This document shows positions 29,663 to 39,189 of a stretch of 64,000 nucleotides of DNA, in pieces (position 1 is the stretch's first letter; each line of letters starts with the position of its first letter). Below the pieces are notes generated by a model. It did not search any database, was not told the origin of the DNA, and saw nothing but the letters and a program-made list of their open reading frames with translations. The position numbers and the translations under genes were made by a program. The DNA lies in assembly GCA_965203905.1 (NCBI GenBank), contig CBDBDQ010000005.1:320001-384000 (forward strand), given 5' to 3'. The DNA comes from Spirochaetia bacterium. Lineage in GTDB: Bacteria > Spirochaetota > Spirochaetia > SZUA-6 > Bin103.

Positions 29663-30697
29663 CTACTGCGTCGCTCTCATCTCTCCGTAACCTGAAAGTC
29701 TCAGCTCTTCGGCAAAATGGCAAGAAACGAAATGTTCCGGCCTACCGCCAACGGGGGCGAGCTCCGGCTCGTCTTGTTGGCATCTGTCTTGAGCATAAGG
29801 GCATCTAGGATGGAAGTTACAACCTGCCGGCGGATCGGCCGGATTCGGTACATCGCCACCCAACGGTAAGCGCTTCCTACCTGAGCGCGGATCTCCTACC
29901 GGAACCGATTTAAGTAATGCCTCGGTATAGGGATGCTGCGGTGTCTGGTACAGATCCTTGAACTCTGCTATCTCTACTATTTTGCCAAGATACATAACCA
30001 TGACCCGATCACTTATATGTTCTACCACGCTTAGATCATGGGCGATAAAGAGATAGGTCAAGTCGAACTCGTCCTGCAAGTCCTCCAGTAGATTCAAGAC
30101 TTGCGCTTGGACCGACACGTCCAATGCCGAAACCGGCTCGTCACATATGATCAGTTTGGGATTCACGGCCAACGCCCTCGCTACCCCTATCCTCTGTCTC
30201 TGCCCTCCGCTGAATTCATGGGGATAACGATACATCCCACGTCGGTCCAGACCGACAAGCTCAAGCAACTCTTCCACGCGGTCCGTTTGTTCCGTCCGAT
30301 TACCGATTTTGTTTACTCTTAGGGGCTCCGCCATGATGTCGCGAACCGACATCCTTGGATCCAGAGAGGAAAAAGGGTCCTGAAATATGATTTGGATATT
30401 ACGCCGTACACTTTTCAGCTCCTCATTGTCCGCCGCAGTAACATCCAATAATCGCTCATCGTGCAGAAACCTGATTCTCCCGTCAGTGGGCTCTATCAAC
30501 CTATTGATACAGCGGCCGGTAGTCGATTTTCCGCAGCCACTCTCACCGACAAGGCCCAATGTTTCGCCCTCCCTTATGGAGAATCCGACGCCGTCGACCG
30601 CTTTGACGTGACGTGAGATCCTCTGGAAAATACCCTTACGTATGGGGAAATATTTCCGCAGATTTTCCACCTCTAGCAGCGGACTATCCCGAGTCAC
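29663..30697 (-). CDS. Opp/Dpp ABC ATPase (OppF-like)
   Basis: [25 protein letters not shown], oligo_HPY C-terminus. Confidence 0.93.
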   Translation of the reverse strand: MTRDSPLLEVENLRKYFPIRKGIFQRISRHVKAVDGVGFSIREGETLGLVGESGCGKSTTGRCINRLIEPTDGRIRFLHDERLLDVTAADNEELKSVRRNIQIIFQDPFSSLDPRMSVRDIMAEPLRVNKIGNRTEQTDRVEELLELVGLDRRGMYRYPHEFSGGQRQRIGVARALAVNPKLIICDEPVSALDVSVQAQVLNLLEDLQDEFDLTYLFIAHDLSVVEHISDRVMVMYLGKIVEIAEFKDLYQTPQHPYTEALLKSVPVGDPRSGRKRLPLGGDVPNPADPPAGCNFHPRCPYAQDRCQQDEPELAPVGGRPEHFVSCHFAEELRLSGYGEMRATQ

Positions 30698-30705
30698 ATG
30701 ACTTC

Positions 30706-31707
30706 CTATTCATTTTCATATAACCAGCACTTCACTTCATGGTCGTTTTCAATTCCGAAGATCGGCGGCTGCTCGGTTCGGCATATTTCCATCGCCAGTG
30801 GACAACGCGGCTCAAAGTAACATCCTTTCGCTAAATCGGTCGGTCCGGGCACCGTCCCAGTGATAGGAATCAGCCGCCTGTTCATACCGATTTGGGGAAT
30901 AGATTCCAAAAGTCCTTGGGTATACGGATGTTTGGGGTTATAGAAAATATCATCAACGAGCGCTCTCTCTACGATCTTGCCGGCATAGATCACGATCACT
31001 CTGTCTGCCATATCACCGATCACCTTGAGGTCATGAGTGATAAACATGACCGCTGCCTGGAAGTCGCTTTTCAGCTCATAGATCAAGTCCAATATCTGGG
31101 CCTCAATTGTGACATCGAGCGCGGTCGTCGGTTCATCGGCAATGAGCAAGGTGGGGTTACAGGAGAGCGCCATAGCTATCATTACCCGTTGCCTCATCCC
31201 ACCGCTCAACTCGTGCGGATATTGCGAGAGGCACTGCACCGCGGCGGATATACGTACCTTCTCCAACATTTCCAGGGCTCGTTCACGGGCCCTTTTCTTA
31301 TCAGCCGATTGGTGCGTTCTGACCGCCTCCATGATCTGTTCGCCGACCGGGTATACCGGATTGAGAGAGACCATTGGCTCTTGAAAGATCATCGCGATCT
31401 CGTTTCCTCTAATCGCTCTCATCCTCTTACCGTGGGGATCGAGTGAGGTGATTTCTATCGGATCTCCGTCATGACCGTAGTAGGTGATAGTGCCGTACTC
31501 AATCCTCCCCCGCGGTTTCGCTATCAACTGCATGATCGACAAAGCAGTTACGCTTTTACCACACCCACTTTCGCCGACAACTCCGAGTGTCTCGCCCCTG
31601 TTTATCGAGAAACTTACGTCATCTACAGCCTTTACGATTCCTTCTTCGAGATAGAAGTAAGTACTAAGATTCTCGACCTCCAATAGTCTCTTCTCTTCGG
31701 TCAGCAT
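30706..31707 (-). CDS. Opp/Dpp ABC ATPase (OppD-like)
   Basis: [28 protein letters not shown]. Confidence 0.93.
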   Translation of the reverse strand: MLTEEKRLLEVENLSTYFYLEEGIVKAVDDVSFSINRGETLGVVGESGCGKSVTALSIMQLIAKPRGRIEYGTITYYGHDGDPIEITSLDPHGKRMRAIRGNEIAMIFQEPMVSLNPVYPVGEQIMEAVRTHQSADKKRARERALEMLEKVRISAAVQCLSQYPHELSGGMRQRVMIAMALSCNPTLLIADEPTTALDVTIEAQILDLIYELKSDFQAAVMFITHDLKVIGDMADRVIVIYAGKIVERALVDDIFYNPKHPYTQGLLESIPQIGMNRRLIPITGTVPGPTDLAKGCYFEPRCPLAMEICRTEQPPIFGIENDHEVKCWLYENE

Positions 31708-31896
31708 TAGCCGTCCTACATTCGCAAATGCCGCGAACTGCGGCCAAACCACATCCAAACGTAACACGTTCCAGGGCACCCTGAGTGACTCATCACGTCG
31801 CCCCTGCCGTTGGCGCCAGCGCCGAATATCCCACTCGACCTTATGAACTGACCGTGCTTGCCGCGACCGGTCCACCGGCGACCAGGTCGGCCAGCT

Positions 31897-33009
31897 CTAG
31901 CGATACGGATCCGCTGCATCGCGCAAGCCGTCTCCGACGAAATTAAACGCAAGAACGACAACCACAACAAAGGCTCCCGGAATCAACATCCAGGGGTACA
32001 GGGCCACCGTCTGAAACCTCTGCGCCCTTTCCAATAGAACGCCTAGACTTACCACCGGCGGTCTCAAGCCAATGCCAAGAAAGCTCAACGCTGTCTCAGC
32101 AAGAATCATGAATGGGATAGAGAGGGTGACGCTGACGATCACGTAACTGATAAAATTCGGAATCAAGTGACGACCGATTATCGTTGTACTAGGTGCGTTA
32201 TAAGCAACCGCAGCAGAAATAAAATCCTCCTCTCTGAGCGAAATGAACTTACTCCGGACCACTCGCGCCAGCCCCGTCCAACCGATGATTGAGAGGATCA
32301 CGGTTATGGCAAAATACACTTGGATCGGGCTCCACTCTCTAGGTACGGCCGCCGCTAACGCCATCCATAACGGGATCTGTGGTATCGACATCAACATTTC
32401 GATGACGCGTTGGATCGTCTCATCAACCAGGCCGCCTAGAAGTCCCGACATTCCCCCAACCACAAGCCCCAAGACAAAACTGATAAAAACTCCCACGAAC
32501 CCTATTGTGAGAGAGATCCGACATGCGTAGAGGGTTCGGCTGAATAGGTCACGCCCAAGTCTATCTGTTCCAAAAAGAAAAATTAGGCCTCCATCCGCTA
32601 GGCCGAAAAAGTGTATATCCGTCTTAATCAATCCCCACAATCTATACTCCGTACCGCGAACGAACAAGCTAAGCGGATAGCGTCTGTCGGTAACCGCCGT
32701 CACGGTCAACTCGAATGTTTTCCTATCGAGACTCTGTTTTAGGCTATATGCAAAGGGCCGCACATGAAATACACCATCCGCATCTATGAAGTGTAGTCTT
32801 TGGGGCGGAAAGTACTTACCCGGAAACTGCTCGTGCTGCCCGTAGGGCGCAAAGAATTCCGGAAACAAAACACATACACAGTACAAACACGCCAACAAAT
32901 AGAGACTGATCTGAGCCACTTTATGTCTTTTGAATCGTCGCCAGGTCAATGCCCATTGTGACTGGAAGGTTTCAGTATCGGTAGTGTTCTCCACCTCTTT
33001 ATCAATCAT
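31897..33009 (-). CDS. Opp/Dpp ABC permease (OppC-like)
   Basis: FGTDRLGRD, ETALSFLGIGL, AFNFVGDGLRDAADPY. Confidence 0.93.
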   Translation of the reverse strand: MIDKEVENTTDTETFQSQWALTWRRFKRHKVAQISLYLLACLYCVCVLFPEFFAPYGQHEQFPGKYFPPQRLHFIDADGVFHVRPFAYSLKQSLDRKTFELTVTAVTDRRYPLSLFVRGTEYRLWGLIKTDIHFFGLADGGLIFLFGTDRLGRDLFSRTLYACRISLTIGFVGVFISFVLGLVVGGMSGLLGGLVDETIQRVIEMLMSIPQIPLWMALAAAVPREWSPIQVYFAITVILSIIGWTGLARVVRSKFISLREEDFISAAVAYNAPSTTIIGRHLIPNFISYVIVSVTLSIPFMILAETALSFLGIGLRPPVVSLGVLLERAQRFQTVALYPWMLIPGAFVVVVVLAFNFVGDGLRDAADPYR

Positions 33010-33016
33010 TTATCAA

Positions 33017-34012
33017 TCAATACTTGATCCGAGGATCCAACGCCGCCAGGAGAATGTCTGATATCATCGTGCCGATCACGGTCAGTGTGCTCAAGATGAG
33101 GATAAAGCTTCCGGCAACGTACATATCCTGAGCTTTTAGTGCGTCTAACAGGCGTGCGCCGGTGGTGGGAAGATTGAGGACAATCGAGGTAATTGCCTCT
33201 CCTGAGATAATGGCAGGAAGCAACCATCCGATAGTGCTGACGACAGGTAACACCGCGATCCTAAAGATGTGTTTCCACAGAACAATCCGTTCGGCGAGTC
33301 CCTTGGAACGCGCCGTCTGTACATACGCCTTTCTCATCTCATCCAGCATGGTGCCGCGCAGCACCCGTACCAGCCCTGCGGTGCCGGCGGTGCCGAGCAC
33401 GATCACTGGCAGGACCAAGTGCTTGCTAAGGTCGATAAGCTTCGCCAAACTCCATGACGCACCTTGAAAACCCTGGGAGTAGAGCCCGCCCAGACTCCAG
33501 CCAAATGCCTCATAAAAGATAAACATGAGGACGAGGGCCAATAAGAAATTGGGAGTGGCGACGCCGATAAATGCAAAAAACGTAAAAATGTAGTCGAAAA
33601 GAGAATACTGCTTAACCGCCGAGTATACGCCGATAGGGACTGCCACGATGTAGATGAATAACAGGGTCACGGTAGTTATCAGAATGGTAGGTGGTATTCT
33701 TGATAATAAGATCTCCTTGACAGGACGATTTTCTTCAAAAGACATGCCAAAATCACCTTGAAGAAGGATTTTTTGTATCCATTTGTAGTATTGTATAAAT
33801 ATTGGTTGATCGAGGCCGTAACGGTGACGCAAGGCGGCAATTTGCTCATCAGCAATACTTCCGTATGCTTCCTGTAGTTCCAGAATCCGTGTGGTTAGAA
33901 TGTCTCCTGGGGGAGCCAGGATTATGACAAACGAGACGATTGAAATGAGGACCAGATTTGGTATAACGAACAAAATTCGTCTTATGATGAATGTGATTAG
34001 CTCGCTTCCCAT
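33017..34012 (-). CDS. Opp/Dpp ABC permease (OppB-like)
   Basis: YGLDQP, GDFGMSF, TARSKGL, SDILLAALDPRI. Confidence 0.93.
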   Translation of the reverse strand: MGSELITFIIRRILFVIPNLVLISIVSFVIILAPPGDILTTRILELQEAYGSIADEQIAALRHRYGLDQPIFIQYYKWIQKILLQGDFGMSFEENRPVKEILLSRIPPTILITTVTLLFIYIVAVPIGVYSAVKQYSLFDYIFTFFAFIGVATPNFLLALVLMFIFYEAFGWSLGGLYSQGFQGASWSLAKLIDLSKHLVLPVIVLGTAGTAGLVRVLRGTMLDEMRKAYVQTARSKGLAERIVLWKHIFRIAVLPVVSTIGWLLPAIISGEAITSIVLNLPTTGARLLDALKAQDMYVAGSFILILSTLTVIGTMISDILLAALDPRIKY

Positions 34013-34061
34013 AATGCCAACCAATAAGGGAACCCATAGATCATCGACACACCAAGAGCGG

Positions 34062-35243
34062 TCACCGCAGCAACCGAGCCTGAGCGGTGCCCTGCCGCGC
34101 AAGACGCGCCGCGCCCTCGCACCGACGCGCGTCTTGCGGGTGGGAGATGGCGTACAGCGGGATGATGGAGAGGCCGCAGTCTTCCTTGCCGATGGAGTAG
34201 ACCACGTAGAGGCTGCCGTCGTGCTCATGGGCGTAGGGGTAGGACCACTGCGGCGACTTGGCCCGCCCCGGCAATCGCAGGGCGGGGCTGGCGCCGTGGC
34301 GGATGCGCCACACGCGGCTGAAGGCGCGCTCGCCCGGCGCGGCGACCGCCAGCACCAGGGTGTGGCGGTCGGGCCCGACGTTGCCGACCAGGAACGCCTG
34401 ACCGGTAGAGAGGTGACCGGCGTAGGGCTTGCTGGCGGTCAGCGGCACGTTACTGGCCGCGAGCGGTGTCCAGGTGCGGCCGGCGTCGGAGCTTGTCGAG
34501 ACCAGCGCCACCTGCTCCCGCAGCCCGGGCAGGCTGCCGGCCCGGAAGCGGATGATGGCGGTGCAGTCGCCGGTTCCGGGCCACACCAGCACGCTGGTCT
34601 CCGCGAACTGCATGTCGCACCCCGCCGGGCGCGGGATCTCCGTGCGCTCCCAGGCCAGCGGGGCCTGCTTGCTTGTGGCCACCACCGCGTTCTGCCGGCC
34701 GCTGAGGCCGCCCATGATCCAGCGCCCGTCGGGCAGCCGGGTGGGCGCGTCCATCGGCCAGAAGTCGTGCGCCACCGCCTCCGCGTACAGCTCCCAGCGC
34801 CCGCGGTCCGGGTCGAGGCGAAACGCGTCGGTCACCAGCCCTGGAAACGTGCTCGCCGCGTCGGCGGCATCGCGCGGGCGGCCGAAGCGTGGCACCAGCG
34901 ACCACAGGACCCCGTCCTGGACGTGGAACACGCCGTGGCTGCGTGCCTCCGCACCGTCCAGATTGGGACCGATCACCTCGGCCGGCCCCCAGCGGCGGGC
35001 ACCGTCACCGGCCGCGCCGCGCCGCCCGCACTCCCGTTCCAGCAGGCTGTTCTCGTCCACCGGGCTGCTGCCCCAGCTCGCGTACCAGGTACCGGCGTGG
35101 TGCACGATGGCGGCGCCGTGCAGGAACCCGTCCCCCTGCGAGCCGCGGTGCACCACCACGTGGGTCACCTCGTCAAGCAGCGGGATGCGGTCCACCGCGG
35201 GGAAGGCGTCGCCGCCCCAGAGCCGCTGCGCAGCCTTACTCAC
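34062..35243 (-). CDS. BNR/Asp-box sialidase-fold protein
   Basis: FLHGAAI, Asp-box SSDAGRTW, SKPYAG.LSTGQ, SYP. Confidence 0.75.
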   Translation of the reverse strand: MSKAAQRLWGGDAFPAVDRIPLLDEVTHVVVHRGSQGDGFLHGAAIVHHAGTWYASWGSSPVDENSLLERECGRRGAAGDGARRWGPAEVIGPNLDGAEARSHGVFHVQDGVLWSLVPRFGRPRDAADAASTFPGLVTDAFRLDPDRGRWELYAEAVAHDFWPMDAPTRLPDGRWIMGGLSGRQNAVVATSKQAPLAWERTEIPRPAGCDMQFAETSVLVWPGTGDCTAIIRFRAGSLPGLREQVALVSTSSDAGRTWTPLAASNVPLTASKPYAGHLSTGQAFLVGNVGPDRHTLVLAVAAPGERAFSRVWRIRHGASPALRLPGRAKSPQWSYPYAHEHDGSLYVVYSIGKEDCGLSIIPLYAISHPQDARRCEGAARLARQGTAQARLLR

Positions 35244-35264
35244 GTGCCATCGTCATGAAACGGC

Positions 35265-35308
35265 GGAGTGCCCCGCCCACCCGACACGGGCAGGGTACGG
35301 GGCACTCC
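35265..35308. terminator. GC-rich stem-loop between SBP and downstream gene
   Basis: GGAGTGCCCCG...CGGGGCACTCC inverted repeat. Confidence 0.55.
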
Positions 35309-35330
35309 TGCTTGCGAAGGGTGACGCGCG

Positions 35331-36836
35331 TCAGCGCATCGCCTTCCACACGGCGTTCTTCTGGTCCGTAATCGCCTGGCCGCCGCTGGCGTACCACTCC
35401 TCGACGTAGGCCTCCCACTCGGCGTCGAGGTCGATGTCGGGCTCGATCTGCATCCGCAGCAGGCGGCTCGACTCCAGTCCGCCGAGTCCGGCGCGGTACT
35501 CGCCTTCCGCCTCCACCCGGTCCTCGATGATCGGACGCTGCACGTAGTCGACGTAGGCGGCGCGGTTCTCGAACACCAGCGGGCTGGTCACCATCATGTT
35601 GTCGCGGCGGAAGAACCACGAGAAGATGTAGTTGCCGGCCGCTGCCTGGTCCTCGGCGGTGTCGATCTTGGAGATGACGCGGTTGTCGCCCTCCTCCCAG
35701 TGCACGCCGGGCAGGCCGAACGCGGCCAGCGCGGCGCCCTCGTCGGTCGCCAGGTAGTCGATGAGCTGGATCGCCTTCTCGGGATGCTCGGCGTGGGAGA
35801 AGATGATCAGCCCCGGCGAGTAGCCCTTCACCCCCTGGCCCGGCATGCGCCGCCGTCCCTGCGGGTCGGGCGCCGGCGGAATGAAGCTGACCTGGGCGTG
35901 CGGCACGCCGCGCTTGAACTCGGTCCACCACTGCGAGTAGCCCTCGTCCAGGTGGGTGTTCCACCACCACAGCGTGCCGTAGGTGTCCTGGCGCTGCTTG
36001 TCCAGCCACTGCGGCCGCGTCATGATCGGGAACTCGGGATCCACCAGGCCCTCCTGGAACAGCCGGCGGAAGTAGCGGATCGCCTCCTTGGTGCCCGGGT
36101 GCACCGCCCACCACACCAGGTCGCCGTCCAGCTCGTCCCAGTGGCTGATCAGGACGCCGTGGCCGCCGAGGATGTACTCGATCATGCTGCGCCGCCCCTT
36201 GGCGGGATAGCCGCCCGACAGGCCGTAGGTGTCGGCCTTGCCGTCGCCGTCCGGGTCGTCGTGGGTGAATGCCCGCACCACCTCGTAGTACTCGTCGAGG
36301 TCCTGCGGCACCGACAGCCCGAGGGTGTCGAGCCAGTCCTGGCGGATGGTGTAGCCCCATTCGAAGCCCCAGGAGTTGAAGCGCGCGTTGATGCTGTAAG
36401 TGTCGCCGTCGGGACCGAACGGCCGGTACCACTGCGCCTCGAACGGCCGCGCCTTGAGCACGTTGGGGCCGTGCTCGGCGAGCAGCGCGTCCAGGCCGAT
36501 GATCACCTCGTCCTCGGCCAGCTCCATGATCTCGCGCTGGGCATCGGCGAACCACGCCTCCAGCAGGTCCGGGTAGTCGCCGGACGCCAGGATGGTCTGG
36601 GTGGTCTGCCGGTACTCTCCGGGGGACTTGGGCTCCCAGTTGAACTTGGCGCCCACCGCCTTCTCCAGCTCGCCCTGCACCAGGTTGCCCTCCTGGTAGG
36701 TGCCGAGCATGCGCGAGATGATGTGCAGCTCCGGCACCTCACCGGCGGCGGCTTCGCCTTCCCCGCCGGCCAGCACCAGCCCCGCCGGCGCCGCCAGCAG
36801 CACTGCAACGAACAATAGTCTTACGTATCGCATCAC
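35331..36836 (-). CDS. Carbohydrate ABC (CUT1, LplA-like) solute-binding protein
   Basis: Signal peptide, ASGDYPD, IRQDWLDTLGL, DPDGDGKADTYG. Confidence 0.9.
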   Translation of the reverse strand: MMRYVRLLFVAVLLAAPAGLVLAGGEGEAAAGEVPELHIISRMLGTYQEGNLVQGELEKAVGAKFNWEPKSPGEYRQTTQTILASGDYPDLLEAWFADAQREIMELAEDEVIIGLDALLAEHGPNVLKARPFEAQWYRPFGPDGDTYSINARFNSWGFEWGYTIRQDWLDTLGLSVPQDLDEYYEVVRAFTHDDPDGDGKADTYGLSGGYPAKGRRSMIEYILGGHGVLISHWDELDGDLVWWAVHPGTKEAIRYFRRLFQEGLVDPEFPIMTRPQWLDKQRQDTYGTLWWWNTHLDEGYSQWWTEFKRGVPHAQVSFIPPAPDPQGRRRMPGQGVKGYSPGLIIFSHAEHPEKAIQLIDYLATDEGAALAAFGLPGVHWEEGDNRVISKIDTAEDQAAAGNYIFSWFFRRDNMMVTSPLVFENRAAYVDYVQRPIIEDRVEAEGEYRAGLGGLESSRLLRMQIEPDIDLDAEWEAYVEEWYASGGQAITDQKNAVWKAMR

Positions 36837-36885
36837 AACCCTCCTAAGTTGCCTACAGCGATTTCCGGCGCCACCGCGCCGGAGC

Positions 36886-37776
36886 TCATCCCTTTACGGC
36901 GCCGATCATAACGCCCTTGGCGAAGTGCCGCTGCAGGAACGGGTAGATCAGCATCACCGGTAGCGTGCCGACCATCACCGTGGCCATCTTGACCGTGTCG
37001 GCGGTGACCGATCCCGCGGTCTGGTCGCCCGAGGGCATGTCGAACTGGTCCTCGAGCTGGGTGATCAGCAGGCTGCGCAGGATCACCTGCAAGGTCCATT
37101 TCTCCTTGTTCGGCAGATAGATGATTGCCGTGAAAAACTCGTTCCAGTAGCGCACCGCGTAGAACAGCCCCACCGAGGCCAGCGCCGGCAGCGACAGCGG
37201 CAGGATGATGCGCAGCAGGATCACCAGGTCGTTGGCGCCGTCGATCCTGGCCGACTCCGGCAGGCTGTCGGGGATGTTCTTGAAGAACTTGATCATGATG
37301 AACACGTAGAAGGGCCAGACGAGCTGCGGCACGATCAGCGACCACAGCGAGTTGATCAGCCCGGTCTCGCGCACGATCACGTAGGTGGGGATGATCCCGC
37401 CGCTGAACAGGATGGTGAAGTAGGTGAGCAGCGATATCACCCTCACACCGGGAATCCGGGTCGACAGCGGGTAGGCGTAGAGGGAGGTCACCGCCAGGCT
37501 GAACAGGGTGCCCACGATCACTACGAACGCCGTGTTGAGGTAGGAGCGCATGATCTCCGGCGTGCGCAGCACGAACGACACCGCCGCCAGCGTCGGCTCC
37601 TGCGGCAGCAGGATGGCGCCTTTGCCGAGCACCGCCTGGGGGTCGCTCAGCCCGAACATGAACACGTACCACATCGGGTACAGCATCACCACGCCGGTGA
37701 GCGCCAGCAGCAGGTGGTTCAGCGCCACGCCGGGCGCCGGCAGCCGGAACGTTGCGGCACCAGGGGCGGCCCTCAA
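36886..37776 (-). CDS. Carbohydrate ABC permease (LplC-like)
   Basis: FSGGIIPTY, EAA-loop ESARIDGA, YPFLQRHFAKGVMIGAVKG; TTG overlaps upstream stop. Confidence 0.9.
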   Translation of the reverse strand: MRAAPGAATFRLPAPGVALNHLLLALTGVVMLYPMWYVFMFGLSDPQAVLGKGAILLPQEPTLAAVSFVLRTPEIMRSYLNTAFVVIVGTLFSLAVTSLYAYPLSTRIPGVRVISLLTYFTILFSGGIIPTYVIVRETGLINSLWSLIVPQLVWPFYVFIMIKFFKNIPDSLPESARIDGANDLVILLRIILPLSLPALASVGLFYAVRYWNEFFTAIIYLPNKEKWTLQVILRSLLITQLEDQFDMPSGDQTAGSVTADTVKMATVMVGTLPVMLIYPFLQRHFAKGVMIGAVKG

Positions 37777-38720
37777 AACACGCCCTCCTCGCCCACCTTG
37801 CGGATCGCCCAGTTGGCGGCCAGCACCATCCCCAGTCCCACCACCGACTTGAAGAAGCCGACGGTGGCGCCGATGCTGTACTGCCCCTCCTGGAACGCGG
37901 CGCGGTAGGTGTAGGTGTCGAGGATCTCGCTGACGTCGTACACCACCGGATTCTGCAGGATGAAGATCTGCTCGAAGCCGGCATCGAGGATGTGGCCGAT
38001 GCGCAGGATGAAGATGATGATCACCACCGGCATGATGGAGGGCAGGGTGATGTACCAGATCTGCTGCAGCTTGCGCGCCCCGTCTATGGTGGCCGCTTCG
38101 TAGAGGTCGGGATCGACCCCGGCCAGGGCGGCCAGGAAGATGATGGTGCCCCAGCCCGCCTCCTTCCAGATGTCGGTGAGCACCAGGGTGCCGCGGAACG
38201 CCCCCGGGTCCATCAGCATGTTGGGCGCCAGCCCGATCGAGTCGCGCAGCAGGTTGGTGATGACGCCGGTCTGCGGGGCCAGGAACACCACCGCCAGGTG
38301 GCCGATCACCACCCAGGAGAGGAAGTGCGGCAGATAGAGCACGGTCTGCACGCCGCGCTTGTACCAGCTCACCCGCACCTCGTTGAGCATCAGCGCCAGC
38401 ACGATGGGGACCGGGAACACGAACACCAGCTTGAGCAGGCTGATGACCACCGTGTTGGTGATGATCAGCTCGAAGAAGGGGGAGCTGAAGAAGCGCTCGA
38501 AGTTCTCGAACCCGACCCACGGACTGCGCCAGATGCCGCGCGACAGGCGGAAGTTCTTGAACGCGATGGTGAGCCCGTACATCGGCAGGTAGCGGTAGAC
38601 CAGCAGCACCACCGCGCCGGGCAGCAGCATCAGGTACAGGTAGCGGTGGGTGATCAGCGGCGCGTACCACGCCCGCCGCCGCGTAGCCGCGGCCTGCGCC
38701 TCGGTGGCTCCGGCACTCAT
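37773..38720 (-). CDS. Carbohydrate ABC permease (LplB-like)
   Basis: YLPMYG..IAFK, PHFLSWV, YEAATIDGA, GFFKSVVG. Confidence 0.92.
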   Translation of the reverse strand: MSAGATEAQAAATRRRAWYAPLITHRYLYLMLLPGAVVLLVYRYLPMYGLTIAFKNFRLSRGIWRSPWVGFENFERFFSSPFFELIITNTVVISLLKLVFVFPVPIVLALMLNEVRVSWYKRGVQTVLYLPHFLSWVVIGHLAVVFLAPQTGVITNLLRDSIGLAPNMLMDPGAFRGTLVLTDIWKEAGWGTIIFLAALAGVDPDLYEAATIDGARKLQQIWYITLPSIMPVVIIIFILRIGHILDAGFEQIFILQNPVVYDVSEILDTYTYRAAFQEGQYSIGATVGFFKSVVGLGMVLAANWAIRKVGEEGVF

Positions 38721-38781
38721 GGTGTGGCAGGTAATCGGCCGTGGGTTCGTTTCGCCACCGCGTGTCCTTCGCTGAAGCGCC

Positions 38782-38787
38782 ATTATA
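38782..38787 (-). promoter_or_regulatory. -10 box of the leftward ABC operon
   Basis: TATAAT on the minus strand about 60 nt upstream of ATG 38720. Confidence 0.5.
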
Positions 38788-38960
38788 GCGCACCGGCGTG
38801 GCCTGTCACGGACTCGAACAGGGAGTTCCCGGACCCGCGGCAGTGGCCGGTTCCGACCGGCGGAGCTGCCGTGGTGTCCGCGACACGGCTCCAGTGACGC
38901 CCAGAGTAGCCCGGAATAGTGGCATCTAGGCCTGGTCGCGGTCACGCGGCCCTCGCGTCG

Positions 38961-39022
38961 CCCCATTGACCCCGTTGACCCCTGTTGACCCCATTGACGG
39001 CCGCCCGTTGCCGCCCTATGGT
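38961..39022 (+). promoter_or_regulatory. sigma70 promoter with four tandem TTGAC repeats
   Basis: TTGAC at 38966, 38975, 38985, 38994; last TTGACG, 17 nt, TATGGT (39017). Confidence 0.7.
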
Positions 39023-39189
39023 GTTAGCTTCCATCCTTATCTGTTTCGGATGCGCGCGCTGAACAGACGCCGCGGCGTCGGCGTGCTGCCGTGATATCCA
39101 CAAGGAGGGGCTGAGACAAAGACCACCGGAAACCCATCGGGGAACATCGCTCGGTTGATTGTCGGACCCAAGTCCGAAAGGAGTGTGTC

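Noticed and set aside
36886-38793. 635-aa permease fusion ORF (likewise the extended ORFs 12846-14258, 17979-19208, 59751-61379, 52556-53998)
   Set aside because: The N-terminal extensions are off-frame or antisense overlaps with neighbouring genes; true starts were reassigned
39030-39189. Riboswitch in the long SBP leader
   Set aside because: No recognisable conserved riboswitch motif by eye; an Rfam/Infernal scan would be needed
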